From Vulcanimicrobiales bacterium (GTDB lineage Bacteria > Vulcanimicrobiota > Vulcanimicrobiia > Vulcanimicrobiales > Vulcanimicrobiaceae), in NCBI GenBank assembly GCA_038215615.1, contig JBBQQR010000029.1:1-19983 (forward strand): a stretch of 19,983 bases of DNA. Reading direction: 5' to 3'. Position numbers and translations under genes: made by a program. Shown one piece after another: positions 15,602 to 19,983 of the stretch (positions are counted from its first letter, which is position 1; the number at the start of each line of letters is the position of its first letter). Below the pieces are notes generated by a model. That model had not been told where the DNA came from. It worked only from the letters and a program-made list of their open reading frames with translations, and searched no databases.

Positions 15602-16705
15602 ATGCACGAACTCCTCGGGCAGATCCGCCGCCTTCAAGAGGCCGGCGAACGCGTCGCCGTGGCGACGCTCGTCGACGTCCTGCGCTCGGCGCCGCGCGAC
15701 CCCGGAGCTGTTATGGCGATAACATCAGCGGGCACGCTTTTGGGCTCCATCAGCGGGGGCTGCGTGGAAGCTGCCCTGGCGCAAGAGGCCGCGGCCGTGC
15801 TGCGCGACGGAAACCCCCGGCTCGTGGAATACGGCCTTTCCGACGCCGACGCCCAGGCTGTGGGGCTCAGCTGCGGCGGAACGCTGAGCGTGCTTATCGA
15901 GGCGTTGGATACGGCCGAAACCGCGGCGCTTGAGCGTCGCCTCGCATCGGAAGATCTCGTTGCCGAAGCGATCCGGCTCGACGAATCCGGGCGCGCGAAC
16001 CGCCTGTACATTCTGGAAGACTCCGTCGTCGGCTCGCTCGGAAATGCCCGGCTCGACGACGTTGTCGCGGTTGAAGTGCGCGCCTCAATCGCCGGCGACG
16101 CCACTGAAATCCGCATGTTCGGCGACGAAGGCGAACCGCACGGCGACGTACGCATTTTCATTCATCGCGCGCTGCCCAAACCTCGCATGTACATTTTCGG
16201 CGCGATCGATTTCGCGCATGCAATGGTGCGGGTCGCAAAATTGCTGGGCTACGAAGTCACGCTCTGCGACGCGCGACCCGCTTTTGCGACGCCCGAACGA
16301 TTTCCCGAAGCCGATCGCGTCGTCGTTGCGTGGCCTGATGATTTCTTGCGCGAATCGCCGGTCGACGAACGCACGGCGATCGTAGCGCTGACCCACGATG
16401 AAAAATTTGACATCCCGCTCATTCGCGCGGCGCTGCAAACCAGGGCGGGCTATATCGGTGTCATGGGCAGCCGCCGCACGAACGAACGGCGCATGGCGCA
16501 ATTGCGCGATCTCGGACTGAGCGCCGGCGACCTCGCGCGGCTCAACGCGCCGATCGGACTTGACTTAGGCGCGCGTACGCCTGAAGAAACGGCGATTGCC
16601 ATTGCAGCGGAGATCGTGGCGCTGCGCCACGGACGCGAAGGCGGAAGGCTGACGGCGGGCAGCGGACCGGTCCGAGGACATTGGAAGTCACCGCAGTTGT
16701 CCTAG
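15602..16705 (+). CDS. xdhC: XdhC/CoxI family Moco sulfuration/insertion accessory protein
   Basis: SAPRDPGAVM, GSISGGCVE, VGLSCGG, FGAIDFA, CDAR, LTHDEKFD, YIGVMGSRR, PIGLDLGARTPEETAIAIAAEI. Start is ATG 15596 or 15602. Confidence 0.92.
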   Translation: MHELLGQIRRLQEAGERVAVATLVDVLRSAPRDPGAVMAITSAGTLLGSISGGCVEAALAQEAAAVLRDGNPRLVEYGLSDADAQAVGLSCGGTLSVLIEALDTAETAALERRLASEDLVAEAIRLDESGRANRLYILEDSVVGSLGNARLDDVVAVEVRASIAGDATEIRMFGDEGEPHGDVRIFIHRALPKPRMYIFGAIDFAHAMVRVAKLLGYEVTLCDARPAFATPERFPEADRVVVAWPDDFLRESPVDERTAIVALTHDEKFDIPLIRAALQTRAGYIGVMGSRRTNERRMAQLRDLGLSAGDLARLNAPIGLDLGARTPEETAIAIAAEIVALRHGREGGRLTAGSGPVRGHWKSPQLS

Positions 16706-17241
16706 CGGCCGGACGCTCTTCGCGCATGGGCGCGCAGAAGCTTCTGATGGATGTACGCGGCGTTCCGATGCTCGATCGCGTGCTCGATGCCTGCCGGGAT
16801 TTTGAAACGCTTGTCGTCAGTTCACCGGAAGTCTCTCCACACGTCCGGCTACGTCCGCGCATGCAAGTGATTCAAAACAACAGACCCGATCTCGGTATGG
16901 CGCATTCATTCGAAATCGCCAACGGCGCGGCGCCTCCCGAACACGCGCTGCTCGTTTTTCTCGGCGACAAGCCGCTCGTCACGACGACACTCGCGAGCAC
17001 GATCGCTCAACACGCGCTGGAAACGCAAGCCGACGTTTGTTTCCCGGAACGCGGCGGCGTCGGCGGACACCCCGTCTACTTCTCACCTCGCGCGCGAACG
17101 CGCCTCGAGGTCACGACGGGAGATTCGCTGCAGAGTCTCCGCGACGACCCCGAGCTGTCACGCGTAGCGGTACCTATCGATGACGAGGGTGCTTACGACG
17201 ACGTAAACGAGCCCTCCCAGCTGCGTACGATGAACGGCTGA
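16681..17241 (+). CDS. MocA/MobA-like nucleotidyltransferase (probable Mo-cofactor cytidylyltransferase)
   Basis: VVLAAGRSSRMGAQKLL, GMAHS, LGDKP, GHPVYF, DDVNEP. TTG start overlaps the xdhC end by 25 nt. Confidence 0.85.
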   Translation: MEVTAVVLAAGRSSRMGAQKLLMDVRGVPMLDRVLDACRDFETLVVSSPEVSPHVRLRPRMQVIQNNRPDLGMAHSFEIANGAAPPEHALLVFLGDKPLVTTTLASTIAQHALETQADVCFPERGGVGGHPVYFSPRARTRLEVTTGDSLQSLRDDPELSRVAVPIDDEGAYDDVNEPSQLRTMNG

Positions 17242-17266
17242 CAGTTCGCAGCATCCGTACTATAAT
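17238..17266 (+). promoter_or_regulatory. Sigma70-type promoter CTGACA-N17-TATAAT
   Basis: -35 at 17238-17243 (5/6 match), 17-bp spacer, perfect -10 at 17261-17266, ATG 6 nt downstream. Confidence 0.7.
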
Positions 17267-17272
17267 GAACCG

Positions 17273-17926
17273 ATGCTGATGCTTGCAGCCCTCGCCCTTC
17301 CGGCTCTGCTGGCACCGCAAGTTCGCACCGGGCAACAGCTTCACTATCGCACGACGTGGACGCGTCAGATCAGTGGCCCCCAACTGGCTGGTGTCAGGCC
17401 GAACGTGAGCGGAGTCGCCTACACGGTGACTGTCTCAGACGCCTCCCCCGCGCATGTTTCTTGGTCGCGTCAGTACACCGGCGGATCGAACTCGGCGCTA
17501 AAATTTGCCAGCGATCTCTCCGGCCAAGTGATCGATCGTGGCAGTGGTAAAGCTGCCGGCCTGCCCGTCTTCATCTACAACGCCGCCCTGCTAGGACAAC
17601 CGCCCGCGGTGTTGCACCCAGGCGTCACCTGGACGAATTCTATTCATCATCCGGGTGGGGACGAGCTTTGGACGAGCACCGTCGAGGAAGCGATCGCATC
17701 CACCGGCGCCGTTCGTCTGCGTCTTTCCTTTCAGGGTCACGCGAGCGCCGGTTTCAACGGCGACAAGTATGTGCGGGATCAGCGCGAGTATGGCGCGGCC
17801 ATCTTCGTGCACGGGGTCATGACCGAGCTCTCGCTGCAAGGCCGAGAGACGACAACCTACCCGGAGTCGCGCATCACCAATGCCGTCGCGATCGAGACCC
17901 GCCTGGAGGACCCGGGGAGCCCTTAA
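17273..17926 (+). CDS. Hypothetical exported beta-rich protein
   Basis: 217-aa ORF filling the gap between known genes, hydrophobic N-terminus MLMLAALALPALLA, directly downstream of a consensus promoter. Confidence 0.65.
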   Translation: MLMLAALALPALLAPQVRTGQQLHYRTTWTRQISGPQLAGVRPNVSGVAYTVTVSDASPAHVSWSRQYTGGSNSALKFASDLSGQVIDRGSGKAAGLPVFIYNAALLGQPPAVLHPGVTWTNSIHHPGGDELWTSTVEEAIASTGAVRLRLSFQGHASAGFNGDKYVRDQREYGAAIFVHGVMTELSLQGRETTTYPESRITNAVAIETRLEDPGSP

Positions 17927-17951
17927 GCCCCTTCGTGGCGAAGAGGCCCGC

Positions 17952-19460
17952 ATGCAAGCTCCCGTAAGAACGCGGACGATTACCCATTTCATAGGCGGCA
18001 AGCCTTATGGTGAGGACGCGGCGCGCTTTGGTGACGTCTACGATCCCGCCCTCGGCGAGGTGCAAGCGCGCGTCGCTTTTGCCGACCAAGCAACCGTGGA
18101 CCTAGCGGTGCGGACCGCCAAGACGGCGCAAGCCGCATGGGGCCGCACTCCGCTCGGAAAGCGCGCCGAGGTCTTCTTCGCTTTTCGGGCGCTGATGAAA
18201 GAAAATGCCACCAAGTTCGGCGAGATTCTCGCCAGCGAACACGGCAAGATCGTCAACGACGCCGAGGGAGAGGTCGCGCGTGCGCTTGAGGTCGTGGACT
18301 TTGCCTGCTCGCTGACGCACCAACTGAAGGGCGAGTTCAGCGAGAACGTTTCGACAACGATCGACACGTATTCGATGCGCCAGCCCGTCGGAGTCTGCGC
18401 CGGCATCACGCCGTTTAATTTTCCGATGATGGTTCCGACGTGGATGTTCGCGATATCGCTCGCGTGCGGTAACGCTTTTGTCTTGAAACCCTCAGAGCGC
18501 GATCCGTCGGCCTCGTTGTTGATTGCGGACCTGCTCAAACGCGCGGGACTGCCCGACGGCGTTTTCAATGTCGTGCACGGCGACAAGGTCGCCGTCGACG
18601 CGCTGCTGACGCATCCCGACGTCAGTGCCATTAGTTTCGTCGGCTCGACGCCGATCGCCAAATACATTTACCAAACCGCTGCGACGCATGGTAAGCGCGT
18701 GCAAGCCTTGGGCGGCGCGAAGAATCATATGGTCGTCATGCCGGATGCCGATCTCGATTCCGCAGCCGACGCGTTAGTTTCGGCCGGCTACGGCTCCGCC
18801 GGACAGCGCTGCATGGCGATTTCGGCCTCGATTACCGTCGGCGACACCGCCGACGCGCTCATGAGCCGCATAAAAGAACGCATCGGCAAACTTAAGATCG
18901 GCCCGGGCTTCGATCGCAGCAACGATATGGGCCCCGTCGTTTCACCCGCGGCGCGCGACCGCATTCTCGATTACATTAAGCAGGGAGAGGCAGCCGGCGC
19001 AAAATTGATCGTGGACGGACGCGATTTCAGCGTGAGCGGCTACGAGAACGGCTTCTTTATCGGCCCGACGCTCTTCGACAACGTCACGCCGAAAATGTCA
19101 ATCTACTCCGACGAAATCTTCGGCCCGGTGCTCGTGAACACGCGCGTCGGCTCGCTCGATGAGGCCCTGCAAATGCTCCGCGACAATCCCTATGGCAACG
19201 GCACATCGATCTTTACGCGCAGCGGCGCGGCGGCGCGCCGCTTCCAAAGCGAGGTCGAGGTCGGCATGATCGGCATCAACGTGCCGATCCCGGTGCCGGT
19301 CGGATACTACAGTTTCGGCGGCTGGAAGGCGTCGCTCTTCGGCGACCTGCACATCTACGGCGAAGACGGCTTCCGCTTCTATACGCGCGGCAAAGTCATC
19401 ACGTCGCGCTGGCACGATTCCAACGCCGGCGTGAACCTGGGGTTCCCCACCCATAAATGA
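17952..19460 (+). CDS. mmsA: CoA-acylating (methyl)malonate-semialdehyde dehydrogenase
   Basis: ATG at 17952 after AAGAGG. GITPFNFPMMVP, KPSERDP, SFVGSTPIA, ALGGAKNH, GSAGQRCMA (catalytic Cys), EIFGPV, GINVPIPVP, FGGWKASLFGD. Confidence 0.93.
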   Translation: MQAPVRTRTITHFIGGKPYGEDAARFGDVYDPALGEVQARVAFADQATVDLAVRTAKTAQAAWGRTPLGKRAEVFFAFRALMKENATKFGEILASEHGKIVNDAEGEVARALEVVDFACSLTHQLKGEFSENVSTTIDTYSMRQPVGVCAGITPFNFPMMVPTWMFAISLACGNAFVLKPSERDPSASLLIADLLKRAGLPDGVFNVVHGDKVAVDALLTHPDVSAISFVGSTPIAKYIYQTAATHGKRVQALGGAKNHMVVMPDADLDSAADALVSAGYGSAGQRCMAISASITVGDTADALMSRIKERIGKLKIGPGFDRSNDMGPVVSPAARDRILDYIKQGEAAGAKLIVDGRDFSVSGYENGFFIGPTLFDNVTPKMSIYSDEIFGPVLVNTRVGSLDEALQMLRDNPYGNGTSIFTRSGAAARRFQSEVEVGMIGINVPIPVPVGYYSFGGWKASLFGDLHIYGEDGFRFYTRGKVITSRWHDSNAGVNLGFPTHK

Positions 19461-19983
19461 GCGAACAGCTCGGCGCGTCGATCCATAAGCCGCTCTCGGA
19501 AATCGAAGTAACGATCGAAGCGAATCGCTGTTTGTATTGCTACGATGCGCCCTGCATGAACGCGTGCCCAACGCACATCGACGTCGCTTCGTTCATCCAA
19601 AAAATATCCACCGGCAACGTCAAGGGCAGCGCAACAACCATTATGGACGCCAACGCAATGGGTGCGAGCTGCGCGCGCGTCTGTCCGACGGAAGAGCTCT
19701 GCGAAGGCGCCTGCGTCTATAACGAAGCGGGCGACTCGCCGATCCGCATCGGCGATCTGCAGCGCTACGCACTCGACTATGTCGCCGCCCGCGACATCCA
19801 ACTCTTCGAACCCGGTCCCGACACCGGAAAACGCGTCGCGATCATCGGCGGCGGCCCCGCGGGCCTCTCGACCGCGCGCGACTTACGCCGCTTCGGGCAC
19901 GCGGTCACGATTTTCGAGGCGAAGGATCAGCTCGGCGGCCTGAACACCTACGGCATCGTGCCGTTCCGGCTTTCGGTTGAAAC
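19457..19983 (+). CDS. preT: NAD(P)-dependent dihydropyrimidine dehydrogenase subunit PreT/PydX (GltD-like), 3'-truncated
   Basis: Absent from the ORF track (no stop in window). ATG at 19457 overlaps the mmsA stop (ATGA). Hand translation gives EANRCLYCYDAPCMNACPTHIDV, CARVCPTEELCEGAC, VAIIGGGPAGL, GGLNTYGI. Confidence 0.87.
   Translation, partial: MSEQLGASIHKPLSEIEVTIEANRCLYCYDAPCMNACPTHIDVASFIQKISTGNVKGSATTIMDANAMGASCARVCPTEELCEGACVYNEAGDSPIRIGDLQRYALDYVAARDIQLFEPGPDTGKRVAIIGGGPAGLSTARDLRRFGHAVTIFEAKDQLGGLNTYGIVPFRLSVE

Noticed and set aside
881..17951. Long N-terminal extensions in the ORF track (starts 881, 1366, 4688, 7318, 14197, 17880)
   Set aside because: They overlap neighbouring well-supported genes. 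Family N-termini and start/stop overlaps point to the shorter starts used here.
9030..17951. Purine riboswitch, tRNA or other RNA gene in intergenic gaps
   Set aside because: The gaps are too short or lack recognisable conserved cores.
144..19943. Many antisense and alternate-frame ORFs (e.g. 3063-3830, 13028-14029, 18038-18667, 19662-19943)
   Set aside because: Shadow ORFs expected in GC-rich coding DNA, with no recognisable motifs.

Overview
GC-rich bacterial chromosomal segment holding a nearly complete aerobic purine-catabolism cluster. It contains puuD urate hydroxylase (5'-truncated), uraH, puuE allantoinase, an M20 allantoate amidohydrolase-like enzyme, 8-oxoguanine deaminase, a two-gene xanthine-dehydrogenase-family enzyme, xdhC and a MocA-like gene. 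It runs directly into pyrimidine catabolism (mmsA/iolA-type dehydrogenase and 3'-truncated preT). The most unusual elements are four. (1) An archaeal-type PurP-like ATP-grasp gene heads the catabolic operon purP-like > puuE > M20 hydrolase > stand-alone allophanate-hydrolase C-domain. (2) A small palindromic REP-like element with covarying stems occurs intergenically and is also embedded in-frame in both xanthine dehydrogenase genes. (3) A three-gene cell-envelope cassette encodes a secreted 68-pentapeptide protein, a pentapeptide/copper-amine-oxidase-N/beta-barrel fusion and a lipoprotein. (4) Small accessory genes include an Asp-nucleophile alpha/beta hydrolase, a GNAT and a probably leaderless secreted protein. 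All family calls come from motif recognition by eye; no searches were run. The copper-amine-oxidase-N plus barrel protein resembles those of Eremiobacterota/Vulcanimicrobiota (inference only).
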